The notes under the pieces are model-generated. The model was given only the letters and a program-made list of their open reading frames with translations. It was not told where the DNA came from and did no database searches. From assembly GCA_964609245.1 (NCBI GenBank), contig CAZSSB010000014.1, forward strand, positions 769-64,768: a stretch of 64,000 nt of DNA. Reading direction: 5' to 3'. The translations under genes were made by a program, and so were the position numbers. Position 1 is the first letter of the stretch, and every line of letters starts with the position of its first letter. Of the stretch, positions 31,932 through 41,412 are shown one piece after another. This stretch comes from an uncultured Planctomycetales bacterium (GTDB lineage Bacteria; 4484-113; JAFGCY01).

Positions 31932-33596
31932 TCACCCCTGCCCGGACACACCCCGCGGGCGGTCCACTGGCAGCTCAATGTGGCCCAGCATGTGCAGCGC
32001 CAGGAACGACACGATGGTCTCCCGGCCCGTATACAGCCTGTTGAACAGCTCGCGCGGCACCATCCCGTAGAACGCCAGCGGGTGGTTGGCGTAGATCCAC
32101 CGGCGCTTCAGGCAGAAGTAAAGCCGCTGGGCCCACTGCAGCCTCGACGCCCAGCCCAGCAGGCAGCCCTTGACCCGGTAGGGTAGCCACTGCTGCTCCG
32201 TCCGGTGCGCGCGGCTCTCACTGACGCCGGTCAGTTTCATGTACTGCCTGGCGACGTAGTCGTTGTAGTGTTTCTTGCCCAGGCGGAACCTCACCGGAGT
32301 CGTCGCCCAGAAGTCGAGCAGCTCCACGTCCCAGAACGGCAGCCACCAGTCGTAGCCGAAGGACTCGTAGCAGCGCACCGCGTTGACCAGGTACTTGCTG
32401 CACTTGCCGTCGGTGAACTGCGACTCGAAGGCGCTGGCGGAGTCCGGCCACTGCCCCAGCGGGCCCATGCGGGACAGTATGCGCTCGCAGAGTCCCGCCT
32501 CCAGTTCTACGCGCTCCCGCGTCCAGTCCCAGTTGATGAAGTGCTCCTGCAGGATGAGTCGGGCGAAGCCGACGTCGCTGAGCTGTCGACCGGCGTAGAT
32601 TTCCGGAATGTGGGTGGTCCAGGCGCCGGCCGCCAGGTCCGGCGACATCCCCGGCACGAAGATGCTGTCCCGCGGCAGGCGCCCGTCACGGGTCAGCTCG
32701 TAGACGGCCGGCCAGTCCTGAATGTGCGGCACCTGGCTGAGGTTGCCGGCGAAGCGCAGATATTCCTGCAGCGCCGGCACGGACCACCAGCGCCGCCACT
32801 GCTTGTTGCTGTAGGGCACCATCGCCCAGTCGAGCCCCAGCCGCCCCGCCACCTCGCGACTGAGCACCGCTTCAGGGTTGCCCGGCTGCCCGTAGGTGAA
32901 GCACAGCACCGCGTCGTAGCCCAGGCGCTTCAGCATGATCGCCGCCAGCCGCGAGTCGTAGCCGCCCGACAGCGGGATCACGATCGTGCGGCCGTCGGCC
33001 ACGGTGATCAGCCGCCGGAAGATACTCAGCAGCATGCTGTCGTGCTGCTCGGCAAACTCGGCCTCCGTGAGCTCCTCGTTGTAGCTATGGGTGTAGCGGT
33101 AGTAGCGCGTGGTGCGCGCCGTTATTTCTTCGCCGGCCAGGTCGAAGCCGGCGATTTCACCGGCGGTGAGCTGCTTGATCCCGGGATTGAGCGTATCCTG
33201 GCCGCCGACGAACGCGGCCAGGCGGTACTCGGCCTCCACCAACCGGCCGGGCGGCGCCGCGCCGATCTGCGACTCGATCCACTGAGCATCGTCGCTGACC
33301 AACAGCTCTGCGCCGTGCAGCGCGTAGTGAACGGGCACCGAACGGACGCGGTCGGCGATCGCCACCAGTGTGCCGTCCCGCAGCCTGGCCACGGCGCCGA
33401 AGAAGCCATTGAGGTTCTCGGCAAGCTGCCGGGCCGCCCCCAGATCGTCGATGGCGGCCAGCCGGCGGCCGATGTCGTCCGCCGTCAGCAGCGTATCGCC
33501 GTCGAACGCCGAGCCGCACACCGCGTAGCCATCGCCAGCCGCCCAGGGGCGCAGACGGTGCCAGTTGCTGTGGACGCGTGGGTGCATCGGCCCCAC
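31932..33596 (-). CDS. Asparagine synthetase-like PP-loop amidotransferase paralog 1 (no N-terminal Cys nucleophile)
   Basis: 554 aa. PP-loop is IVIPLSGGYDSRLAA. The AsnB-like N-domain shape is present (FFGAVARLRDGTLVAIADRVRSVPVHY), but the protein starts MGPMHPRVHS rather than MCG. Confidence 0.75.
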   Translation of the reverse strand: MGPMHPRVHSNWHRLRPWAAGDGYAVCGSAFDGDTLLTADDIGRRLAAIDDLGAARQLAENLNGFFGAVARLRDGTLVAIADRVRSVPVHYALHGAELLVSDDAQWIESQIGAAPPGRLVEAEYRLAAFVGGQDTLNPGIKQLTAGEIAGFDLAGEEITARTTRYYRYTHSYNEELTEAEFAEQHDSMLLSIFRRLITVADGRTIVIPLSGGYDSRLAAIMLKRLGYDAVLCFTYGQPGNPEAVLSREVAGRLGLDWAMVPYSNKQWRRWWSVPALQEYLRFAGNLSQVPHIQDWPAVYELTRDGRLPRDSIFVPGMSPDLAAGAWTTHIPEIYAGRQLSDVGFARLILQEHFINWDWTRERVELEAGLCERILSRMGPLGQWPDSASAFESQFTDGKCSKYLVNAVRCYESFGYDWWLPFWDVELLDFWATTPVRFRLGKKHYNDYVARQYMKLTGVSESRAHRTEQQWLPYRVKGCLLGWASRLQWAQRLYFCLKRRWIYANHPLAFYGMVPRELFNRLYTGRETIVSFLALHMLGHIELPVDRPRGVSGQG

Positions 33597-33651
33597 CAGT
33601 ATACCGACCGCTGGTTCGCGCCGGCCGCCGGCTCGTGATGATGTACCGTAG

Positions 33652-34773
33652 CTACTCAGCCAGCAGCTCCTCGTAGAAGCTCAGCAGCTTGCGCTTTTCC
33701 GTGGCCCAGTTGTAGCGCTCCCGTGCCGCTCGCCGTCCGCGCTCGCCCATTGCCCTGGCCTCCGCTGGGTTCTCAATCAGCCACCGGATCGCCGCCGCCA
33801 GCGCCCCGGCGTCACCGGGCTCGACGCACAGCCCGCAGCCGGCCGCATCCACGATGCCGCGGTAGAGCGGGAAGTCCGAGACGATCACGGGCAAACCCAG
33901 CGCCATGTACTCAAACATCTTGGTCGGGTAGCTGCTGCGCATGTTGGGCGTCGGATAGAGCACCGCCAGCCCGATGTGGCAGCGCGCCAGGATGCGGTGC
34001 CCCACGCCGGCCGGCCTGAATCCGCGCAGCCGCACCCCGTCGAGGCCGTGCTGCTCCACGTATTCGCGGAGTTCCAGGCCGTGGTTCTCGTCGGTCGGTC
34101 CGATGCACTCGAAGTCCACGCGCAGCCCTTCGTCCCGCAGCAGTCTGACCGCCCTCAGCATCTCCCAGCTGCTGCGCAGGCCGGCGATCAGGCCGAAGTA
34201 GCAGACCGTGGGGATCGCGTTTTTCGGTTCGTCGATCTCCTCGAGCTGCCCCACGTCCGGCAGGTTGAGCACGTCGACGCGGCGCCTAACCCAGCGATAG
34301 CCGTCCTTGTAGGACAGCTCGGCGAAAACGACCGCGACGTCGCGCAGCCAGTAACGTTCGAACCAGGTGTAGATACGGGCGACCAGCGGGGCGATCCATC
34401 TCGGCAGATAGGGCTTGGAGGCCGCCAGGGCCTTGGGCATGCACTCGTGCATGTCGTAGATCACCCGCCCACCGAGGCGCTTCAGCGCCGACGCCCGCGG
34501 CAGCAGCTCCGCGTCGTGGAGGTGATAGACGTCCCCGCCTTCCCGCCGGCACAGGTCCAGCGCGAGACCCGTCAGCCGCCACATCCGATCCAGCCGGTTG
34601 CGGGCCGGCGGCAGGCTCCGGATCTGGACGCCCTCGATCACCTCGTCGGCCGGGTGTGGCGCGACCAGCACCACCTGATAGCCCGCCTTGCGCAGCGCGA
34701 TGCACTCCTTGAACAGAATCCGGCTGTCGAGCGCGTGATGCACGGTCGTAACGTGCACGGCCTTGGGCGTCAT
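33652..34773 (-). CDS. Glycosyltransferase, GT4 family
   Basis: 373 aa. N-terminus VHVTTVHHALDSRILFKECIALRKAGYQVVLVAP. The C-terminal GT1/GT4 block is YPTKMFEYMALGLPVIVSD. Confidence 0.8.
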   Translation of the reverse strand: MTPKAVHVTTVHHALDSRILFKECIALRKAGYQVVLVAPHPADEVIEGVQIRSLPPARNRLDRMWRLTGLALDLCRREGGDVYHLHDAELLPRASALKRLGGRVIYDMHECMPKALAASKPYLPRWIAPLVARIYTWFERYWLRDVAVVFAELSYKDGYRWVRRRVDVLNLPDVGQLEEIDEPKNAIPTVCYFGLIAGLRSSWEMLRAVRLLRDEGLRVDFECIGPTDENHGLELREYVEQHGLDGVRLRGFRPAGVGHRILARCHIGLAVLYPTPNMRSSYPTKMFEYMALGLPVIVSDFPLYRGIVDAAGCGLCVEPGDAGALAAAIRWLIENPAEARAMGERGRRAARERYNWATEKRKLLSFYEELLAE

Positions 34774-34776
34774 CGT

Positions 34777-35994
34777 TCAGCCCTCCACCCTGCGGCCGGC
34801 AGCCGCGTCTTCGATCACGGCGATCTCGCGCGCCACCCGCTCCTCCCAGCTGAGCAGATACTCTTTGGCCGCCGCCCGTGCGCCGCGCTGCAGCCGCTGC
34901 CTGAGCTCGCCGTCTCTCAGCAGCCACTGCACCGCGTCCGCGGCCTGCTCCACGCCATCGACCAACAGCGCCGACTCCTCGCTCCGCGCCACCGCGTCCA
35001 GACTACCGTCAGCCAGGCTGAGCAGCACACTGCCGGTGCCCAGCGCCTCCAGCGCCACGTTGCCCAGGTTACTGACTTCGTAGAAGGAAAGCACCGCCGT
35101 CGCGGCCGGCATCAACGCCAGCAGCGCCCGGTGGTCGATGGGGCCGAGGAACCGCACGACGTCCCCGAGCTCGAGTTGCTCTACCAGGCGGTCCAGCTGA
35201 CTGCGGTAGTCCGCCTCGCCGTCGTGTCCGGCGAACAGCAGCTGCAGTTCGGTCGCGCCACGCTCACGCAGCAGCCTCAGCAGCTCGATCGCCAGGTGCT
35301 GCCGCTTGAAACTGTTGATGCGGCCGGGATACAGCAGAAACGGCTCCCTGATGCCGGCGGGCAGCTCGACGGGCGGCTGATCGGAAGGGCGATCGACGCC
35401 ATTGAGCCAGAACAGCAGCGGCGTGCCGCGGTCACCGATCTCGCGGTAGATGTGATCCGCCCGCGTCCCGTCGTTGGTGACCAGCAGAAAGGCCTTGCGG
35501 CTGCTGAAGGCCTGATAGTGCAGCGGATGCCTAAGCCAGACGCCGGCCCGGCCCCAGGGGCCGAGCCCCTCGGCCGGGAATTCATTGATCAGGTAGTTCA
35601 CACCGTAGAGCCGCTGGCCGCAGGGAATCGCCGCACGCCGCGCCTCGATCGCGCCCAGCGTCCCCAGCGAGCCCTGGGCGTAGACGAAGTCATACTGCTG
35701 CTCTAGAATCCGACGCCGCGCCGCCAGCGCGAAGCGCAGCAGACGGCGCACGTCCCAGCGCGAGCCCTCCGGTTCCCAGGGGGCGGAGTGGATCTGCTGC
35801 GGGCTGAGCCAGTCCACGCCTAGTCTCAGCTGCCTCCCCTCGGGCCCGCCCACCAGCAGGTCAACCCGATGGCCCGCCTCGATCAGACCTTTGAGCGGCC
35901 GCATGAACGCGGGCATCCCCCGCGGAGCGCTCCCCTGGTACAGCACGTCGGCCAGCCCCGACCACGCGGCCGTCACGTAGAGGATTCTCAGCAT
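34777..35994 (-). CDS. Glycosyltransferase (GT-B fold, GT4-like)
   Basis: 405 aa. Matching blocks: MLRILYVTAAW, RFLGPIDHRALLALMPAATAVLSFYEVSNLGNVALEALGTGSVLL. It lies 3 nt from the downstream GT. Confidence 0.7.
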   Translation of the reverse strand: MLRILYVTAAWSGLADVLYQGSAPRGMPAFMRPLKGLIEAGHRVDLLVGGPEGRQLRLGVDWLSPQQIHSAPWEPEGSRWDVRRLLRFALAARRRILEQQYDFVYAQGSLGTLGAIEARRAAIPCGQRLYGVNYLINEFPAEGLGPWGRAGVWLRHPLHYQAFSSRKAFLLVTNDGTRADHIYREIGDRGTPLLFWLNGVDRPSDQPPVELPAGIREPFLLYPGRINSFKRQHLAIELLRLLRERGATELQLLFAGHDGEADYRSQLDRLVEQLELGDVVRFLGPIDHRALLALMPAATAVLSFYEVSNLGNVALEALGTGSVLLSLADGSLDAVARSEESALLVDGVEQAADAVQWLLRDGELRQRLQRGARAAAKEYLLSWEERVAREIAVIEDAAAGRRVEG

Positions 35995-36009
35995 CGCCGG
36001 CCCGCTTCG

Positions 36010-36618
36010 TTAGGCATCCCGCTCTCCCGACGGCGTCGGCTCGGCGGCTTCCGTTTCGGGGATGCTCATGCTGACCCGCGCCGGCACGCCGACCAGCACC
36101 ACGTTGCCGCGGCGGAAGCTGCGCCCGACCACGGAGCCCGCCGCCACCACCGTCCGGTCACCCAGCACCACGCCGGGCAGGATCACTGCGTTCATCCCGA
36201 TCCAGCACTGCTCGCCGATCACAACGTCCCGCGGGGGTAGATGCCGGTCGGGGTCGCGCGGATCGTGGTTGGTGGTGATAATGCCGACGTTGGGGGCGAT
36301 GTAGGTGCCCTTGCCGATGACGATGCGGCCGCCACGGGCGTTGGAAAAGTAGCAGCCGTGGGACTGGAAGTTGTTGATGTCGTCGGGGTCGAACTCGATA
36401 CCGTCCGGCTCCAGCACGCGCGCCAGCGGCGTGACCGGCCACGGCACGTGGCGGTTGAAGCCCAGCAGCTTCTGCCACCACAGTCCGCGCCAGGCCCAGT
36501 ACCAGCCCGCGTTGCTTTGCTCAAAGTGCCGGCCCCGCAGAAAGCGGCGGTCGAAGGCCAAACGGCAGATCAGCTTGACCAGCGGCAGGCAGGTTGCGAG
36601 CAGCATCCGCCTCAGCAT
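36010..36618 (-). CDS. Hexapeptide-repeat O-acetyltransferase (WcaF/maltose-acetyltransferase-like)
   Basis: 202 aa. Matching block: IAPNVGIITTNHDPRDPDRHLPPRDVVIGEQCWIGMNAVILPGVVLGDRTVVAAGSVV. RBS GGGAGGTAA plus 6 nt precedes ATG 36618. Confidence 0.8.
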   Translation of the reverse strand: MLRRMLLATCLPLVKLICRLAFDRRFLRGRHFEQSNAGWYWAWRGLWWQKLLGFNRHVPWPVTPLARVLEPDGIEFDPDDINNFQSHGCYFSNARGGRIVIGKGTYIAPNVGIITTNHDPRDPDRHLPPRDVVIGEQCWIGMNAVILPGVVLGDRTVVAAGSVVGRSFRRGNVVLVGVPARVSMSIPETEAAEPTPSGERDA

Positions 36619-36772
36619 CTGGCATTACCTCCCGGCTGTGCTGCACGACTACCCACGGCTTGGACCATGGCGGTTGCGGAACAGGCGCCGCCGCAAGCAC
36701 CGCGGCGCCCATCTTAGCATCGCGTGACTGGTATCCTGCACGCTGGGGCTGTTGTGGTTGCAGCCCCGTGGC

Positions 36773-36778
36773 TATAAT
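36773..36778 (+). promoter_or_regulatory. Consensus -10 hexamer TATAAT upstream of GT gene 36809
   Basis: TATAAT lies 30 nt upstream of ATG 36809 in a GC-rich divergent spacer. A possible -35 (TTGTGG) sits at 36752-36757 with a 15-nt spacer. Confidence 0.35.
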
Positions 36779-36808
36779 ACTGAGGTTGTACTGAGGACTG
36801 GGCTGGAG

Positions 36809-38107
36809 ATGCACTTACTGCTGCTCTTCATGTACTACCTGCGCCCCGACGACCCGGGGATCAAGCGCTTCAACGAATTCTGCCAGCTGTGGGCCACCGA
36901 GCACGGGATGCGCGTCACCGTCCTTACCGGCCAGGTGCACTACAACACGGGCCGCGTCTATCCCGATCTGAACGGCCACCAGGTCGTCCGCGAGGATGAC
37001 GGGCCGGTAGAGGTGCTGCGCGTGCCGGGACCCAACACGTTTCACCGCGGCTACGCAGGCCGCGCGATGAGTCAGATCGGCTGGGCACAGAACCTGCGAC
37101 GGGTCTACCCGGACCTCGACAAGCCCGATCTGGTGATGGGCGTCTCGGTGCCGCTCTGGATCGCCTGGCCGCTGGTCGCCGCCCGCCGACGCTGGCACAT
37201 TCCGGCGATTCTCGAGGTGCGCGATCTCTGGCCCGAGGCGATCGTGAATATGGGTATCGCCCCGGCCTATCACCCGGCCGTGCTGGGCATCAGTATGCTC
37301 GAGCGCTGGGCCTATCGCAACGTCGACCACATCGTCACCATCTTTGACGGCCAGAAGGAGAACATCGCCGGGCGGCGCCTTAAGGCCGCCGACCAGATCG
37401 ACGTGATCCCCCATGGCGTGATGCTGGACGCCTACGAGCAGGTCCCGCCCGCCGCGCGGGGAGAGATTCGGGCCCGATTGGGAGTCACCGACGATCAGCG
37501 GCTGGTGATCTACGCCGGATCCCACGGCCCGATCTACAACCTCACGACGCTGATCGACACCGCCGAGCGGCTGCGCGACCGCGCTGACATCCAGTTCATC
37601 AGTATCGGCGACGGCTGGGAGCGTCAGAAGCTGATCGCCGACGTGCAGCGCCGCGGTCTGACCAACATCCGCTTCCTCGGCCCGGTGCCGGCCAGCGAGG
37701 TGCCGTCCTACCTCAGCGCCGCCGACATCGCCTGCTCGGTGGTCAACGCGAGGGCACTGACCGGCTGGAACGACCGCACGCGCGGCGCCTTCCGCAATGC
37801 GATGTTCGACTACGCCGCCGCACGCCTGCCGGTTGTGTTCAACGACCCGGGCTGCGCCGTCCACGAGGTCCAGGAACGGGCCCGCGGTGGTCTGTACGCC
37901 GACACAGCCCAAGGGGTGGAGGAGATGGTCCGGCACATTGCCCGGCTGGCCGATCGCCCCGACGAGGCACGCGAAATGGGGGAGAACAACTACCGCGGGA
38001 TCGCACTGAAGTACAACCGGCGTAAGATGGCCAAGGTCTACGTAGAGCTGATGGAAAGGATGGTCGACCGCGCGGCGCAGCCCGTCACAGCTCAGATTCG
38101 AAGCTGA
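36809..38107 (+). CDS. Glycosyltransferase, GT4 family (WbuB-like)
   Basis: Start re-set to ATG 36809 (MHLLLLFMYYLRPDDPGIKRFNEFCQLWATEHGMRVTVLTG). Downstream block: EVRDLWPEAIVNMG. The 3' end overlaps the convergent gene by 23 nt. Confidence 0.8.
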   Translation: MHLLLLFMYYLRPDDPGIKRFNEFCQLWATEHGMRVTVLTGQVHYNTGRVYPDLNGHQVVREDDGPVEVLRVPGPNTFHRGYAGRAMSQIGWAQNLRRVYPDLDKPDLVMGVSVPLWIAWPLVAARRRWHIPAILEVRDLWPEAIVNMGIAPAYHPAVLGISMLERWAYRNVDHIVTIFDGQKENIAGRRLKAADQIDVIPHGVMLDAYEQVPPAARGEIRARLGVTDDQRLVIYAGSHGPIYNLTTLIDTAERLRDRADIQFISIGDGWERQKLIADVQRRGLTNIRFLGPVPASEVPSYLSAADIACSVVNARALTGWNDRTRGAFRNAMFDYAAARLPVVFNDPGCAVHEVQERARGGLYADTAQGVEEMVRHIARLADRPDEAREMGENNYRGIALKYNRRKMAKVYVELMERMVDRAAQPVTAQIRS

Positions 38108-39710
38108 TCCGGCCGAGCCACTCGAGCGCCAGGAACGAGTTGATGTTCACCCCCCCGACATACAGCCGCCTGAACAGCTGCCGCGGCACGATTCCATACC
38201 ACGCCAGCGGGTGGGTGCCGTACTTGAGCTGGCGCTGCAGCTGCAAGTAGGCCGCTGCCACCGCTGGCACCCGCTCGCCGACCGCCTTGACGGCTGCCGC
38301 CGTCGAGTGGAACAGGCGTCGCGCCATCGTCCCGGCACTCAGCCCTCGTGCTGGGTGCGGCAACGAAGCCGTCAGCTGGCCGAAGTACCGCCGTGCTAGT
38401 TGCCTGCCCAACCGATAGCGGCACGGCGTCTGGCTCCAGAACCGCAGTACCGCGTCATCCCAGAGCGGCAGCCACCAGTCGTAGCCCCAGTACTCGTACG
38501 TACGCACGGCGTTAGTGATGAACTTGGCCTGCCGCTCGCGGATCGCCCAGGCCTCGTACAGCGCCGCCGAGCTGACGTAGCCCGCGGTATCACCCGTCGC
38601 GGCCAGCACCCGGCGGCTGAACAGCTCCTCAAGTTCGCGCCGGCGATCCCCCCACGGCCACAGGCTGTAGTGCAGCCGCGCCGTTGCGCGCGCGACCGCT
38701 TCGGGCTCCAGCACGTCGTCTCGCAGCGGTGGCCAGTTCGGCGGGGTCCGCCTGGGCCGCACGAACGCCTCCGCCGCGTAGCCCGGCACGATCAGCGTTT
38801 CAGCGGGCAGCAGTCCCCGCTCGCGCAGCTGCATGATTGCCGGCCATTCCTGCAGGATCGGCAGGGCGCACAACCCGTCGGCGAAGTCGTAATACTCCCG
38901 TCGCTCGGTGGTCCGCCACCACTGCGCCCAGAGCTGCTCGGTATAGGGTACGAACTCCCAGCGCAGCCCCAGTCTGCGGGCCAGCCGCCGGCTGCCCAGC
39001 GCGTCCTGATTGCCCGCGCGGCCGTAGGAGTAGGCAAACACGTCGTCGTAGCCCAGGCGCTTGAGCCAGATTGCGATCCGTCCGGAGTCGATGCCGGCGC
39101 TCAGGGCCAGCGCGATCGGCCGGCCGCCCGCATACTCGATCAGGTGGCGCATCGCGCTGGCGGTTGCCTCGTCCAGCGCCGCCAGCAACTCCTCCTCACT
39201 GCGGTCGAGCAGCGGCCACCGACGCTGCGGGAAGTAGGTGGTGGTGTGCGTCTGCAGCTCGCCATCGACCACTCGTGCGGCCAGCAACTCACCAGCCTGC
39301 AGCTGCTTGACGCGCGGATAGAGCGTATCCGGGCCGGTCACGTACCCCGCGTATTCGATCTCTAACTCGGCGACGGGGTCGCGCTCGCTGTCACCGACTC
39401 GCTCGCGAACCCAGCGCGCACTGTCGCTGATAAACAACCGTCCTTCGACTTCGCCGTAGAACACCGGAATCGACCGGACGTGGTCCGCTGCGGCGATGGT
39501 CCACTCGCCAACCTGACCGATACAGGCGAAGAAGCCGCTCAGCGAGGACAACAACTGGGCGGCGGTCTGCACATCCGCTGCTCCCGGCAGCAGTCTCGCC
39601 AGCTCAGCCTCTCGCGCCAGCCGGCCCTTGTGGACGGCCGCTCCCCTGAACCACAGGCCCGCGAGGGCCGTCCAGCGTATGCCGTCAACCAGGTGGATGC
39701 TGATCTTCAT
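38085..39710 (-). CDS. Asparagine synthetase-like amidotransferase paralog 2 (variant PP-loop SAGIDS, no N-terminal Cys)
   Basis: Start re-set to ATG 39710, which overlaps the stop of paralog 3 (ATGA). Sequence begins MKISIHLVDGIRW. PP-loop region is IALALSAGIDSGRIA. It is collinear with paralogs 1 and 3. Confidence 0.75.
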   Translation of the reverse strand: MKISIHLVDGIRWTALAGLWFRGAAVHKGRLAREAELARLLPGAADVQTAAQLLSSLSGFFACIGQVGEWTIAAADHVRSIPVFYGEVEGRLFISDSARWVRERVGDSERDPVAELEIEYAGYVTGPDTLYPRVKQLQAGELLAARVVDGELQTHTTTYFPQRRWPLLDRSEEELLAALDEATASAMRHLIEYAGGRPIALALSAGIDSGRIAIWLKRLGYDDVFAYSYGRAGNQDALGSRRLARRLGLRWEFVPYTEQLWAQWWRTTERREYYDFADGLCALPILQEWPAIMQLRERGLLPAETLIVPGYAAEAFVRPRRTPPNWPPLRDDVLEPEAVARATARLHYSLWPWGDRRRELEELFSRRVLAATGDTAGYVSSAALYEAWAIRERQAKFITNAVRTYEYWGYDWWLPLWDDAVLRFWSQTPCRYRLGRQLARRYFGQLTASLPHPARGLSAGTMARRLFHSTAAAVKAVGERVPAVAAAYLQLQRQLKYGTHPLAWYGIVPRQLFRRLYVGGVNINSFLALEWLGRISFESEL

Positions 39711-41341
39711 CGATCCCACTGCCGTTCGTTCCCGCCGCCCAGCTTCAGTCTGCCCAGCCACTCCAGAGCCAGGAAGGAGTTGATGTTCACCGACCCGCGG
39801 AAGCTGCGCAGGAAGAAGCGCCGCGGCACGATGCCATACCAGGCCAGCGGATGCGAGCCATACTTCAGCGGCGCCCGCAGCCGCTCGTAGAGCCGGCCGA
39901 CCACCGGCACGCTGCCGCCCAGCGCCCGTCCCCAGCCGGCCATCGCGCTCAGCCCGATCAGCGGCCAGGAGGTGTGCGCCTGTCGGTGCCGGCTTCCACT
40001 GATACGCTCATACAATCCGCGGATGTGGCTGCGGGAGAACCGCCGGCCGATCCGCAACTCGACCGGGCACCGCATCCAGAACTGCGCGAATTCCGCGTCC
40101 CAGAACGGCAGCCACCAATCGTAGCCCCAGTACTCGTAGGCGCGCATGGCGTTGACGATGAATTTTGCCTGCCGCTCTTGGATGCCCCAGGCCTCCACCG
40201 CGCAGGCCGAGCTGTGGAACCGGCTGAAGTCACCCAGCGCGGCTTCAATTCGCCGCGCCACCAAAGGAGCCAGTTCGTCGCGCCGATCGCTCCAGTCCCA
40301 GAGCGAGTAGGTGTAGCGGATGATCGCGGCCAGCACGGTCTCCCCTACCACGCCCGTGTCCCGGTACACGCGGGCGGCCGCTGCGGTCCTGCGGCTCGCC
40401 GGAAAGGCGTCGGCGCTGTGTCCCGGTGCGAAGATCGCATCCTCGGGCACCAGTCCACGCCGCCTCAGCTCCCAGACCGCGGGCCACTCTTGATACACCG
40501 GCAGCGAGCACAGCCCGTCGGCGAACCGGCCGTACTCCTCGCGCTGAGGCGTATTCCACCAGCGCCGCCAGCGCTCCTCGGTGTATTCGCAGAACTCCCA
40601 GCGAATCCCCAGGCTGGCGGCCACCTGCCTGCTGGCCTCCGCTTCGGCGTTGCCGCGCCGCCCGTAGGAGTAGGCGATCACGTTGTCGTAGCCGAGCCGC
40701 TTCAGCATCACGGCGATCAGCCGCGAGTCAAAGCCGCCGCTGAGTGGAATCACGATGCAGCGCCCGCCCGCCAGCGCGATGAAGCGCTCGAACGCCCGCT
40801 CCAGGATCGCGTCCAGTTCCTCGCGCAGTTCCTCTTCGCTACGCACGGGGCCTTCCTCGTGCTCGTAGCGGAAGTACCGCTCCGTCTTCACGATCGGTGC
40901 GCCATCGGCGGCAAGCAGCAGTTCACCCGCCTGCAGCTGTTTGACGCGCGCGTGTATGGTGTCCGGGCCCGTGATATAGCCCGCCAGCTCGAACTCCAGT
41001 TCACTCACCGGATCGCGCGCCTCGTCGCCGATCTGCTGCCGCACCCAGCGCGCGTCGTCGCTGAGCAGCAGTCCGTCATCGCGCTCCCCGTAGAACAACG
41101 GCAGCGAGCGTGTGCGATCAACGGCCGCCACGGACTCCCCGCTGGCCAGCGTGCCGACGGCGGAGAAGAGCCCGTTTAGTTCACGAAGCGTCCGCCTGAA
41201 CTGGATGCCGTCGGCGCAGGTCGCGAGGTGCTGGCTGAGCGCCTCACCACTGAGCAGCCTGCCGCCCAGGAATGCCGTCCCGCGGGTGCAAAGGGCGCCG
41301 AATTCGTGCCACTGCTCCGAGTCGCGGATGTGGATCTGCAC
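39707..41341 (-). CDS. Asparagine synthetase-like PP-loop amidotransferase paralog 3 (no N-terminal Cys)
   Basis: PP-loop is IVIPLSGGFDSRLIA. Start is uncertain. I chose GTG 41341 (VQIHIRDSEQWHEF, aligning with MKISIHLVDGIRW of paralog 2). GTG 41395 is an alternative. The track start 41506 would overlap the upstream gene by 94 nt. Confidence 0.7.
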   Translation of the reverse strand: MQIHIRDSEQWHEFGALCTRGTAFLGGRLLSGEALSQHLATCADGIQFRRTLRELNGLFSAVGTLASGESVAAVDRTRSLPLFYGERDDGLLLSDDARWVRQQIGDEARDPVSELEFELAGYITGPDTIHARVKQLQAGELLLAADGAPIVKTERYFRYEHEEGPVRSEEELREELDAILERAFERFIALAGGRCIVIPLSGGFDSRLIAVMLKRLGYDNVIAYSYGRRGNAEAEASRQVAASLGIRWEFCEYTEERWRRWWNTPQREEYGRFADGLCSLPVYQEWPAVWELRRRGLVPEDAIFAPGHSADAFPASRRTAAAARVYRDTGVVGETVLAAIIRYTYSLWDWSDRRDELAPLVARRIEAALGDFSRFHSSACAVEAWGIQERQAKFIVNAMRAYEYWGYDWWLPFWDAEFAQFWMRCPVELRIGRRFSRSHIRGLYERISGSRHRQAHTSWPLIGLSAMAGWGRALGGSVPVVGRLYERLRAPLKYGSHPLAWYGIVPRRFFLRSFRGSVNINSFLALEWLGRLKLGGGNERQWDR

Positions 41342-41412
41342 GCCGCTCAAACAGCTACTCCAGCCCGGGAAGTTCTGCGCTCGCGATTGTAACACCTTCA
41401 GCGGTGGCCCCG

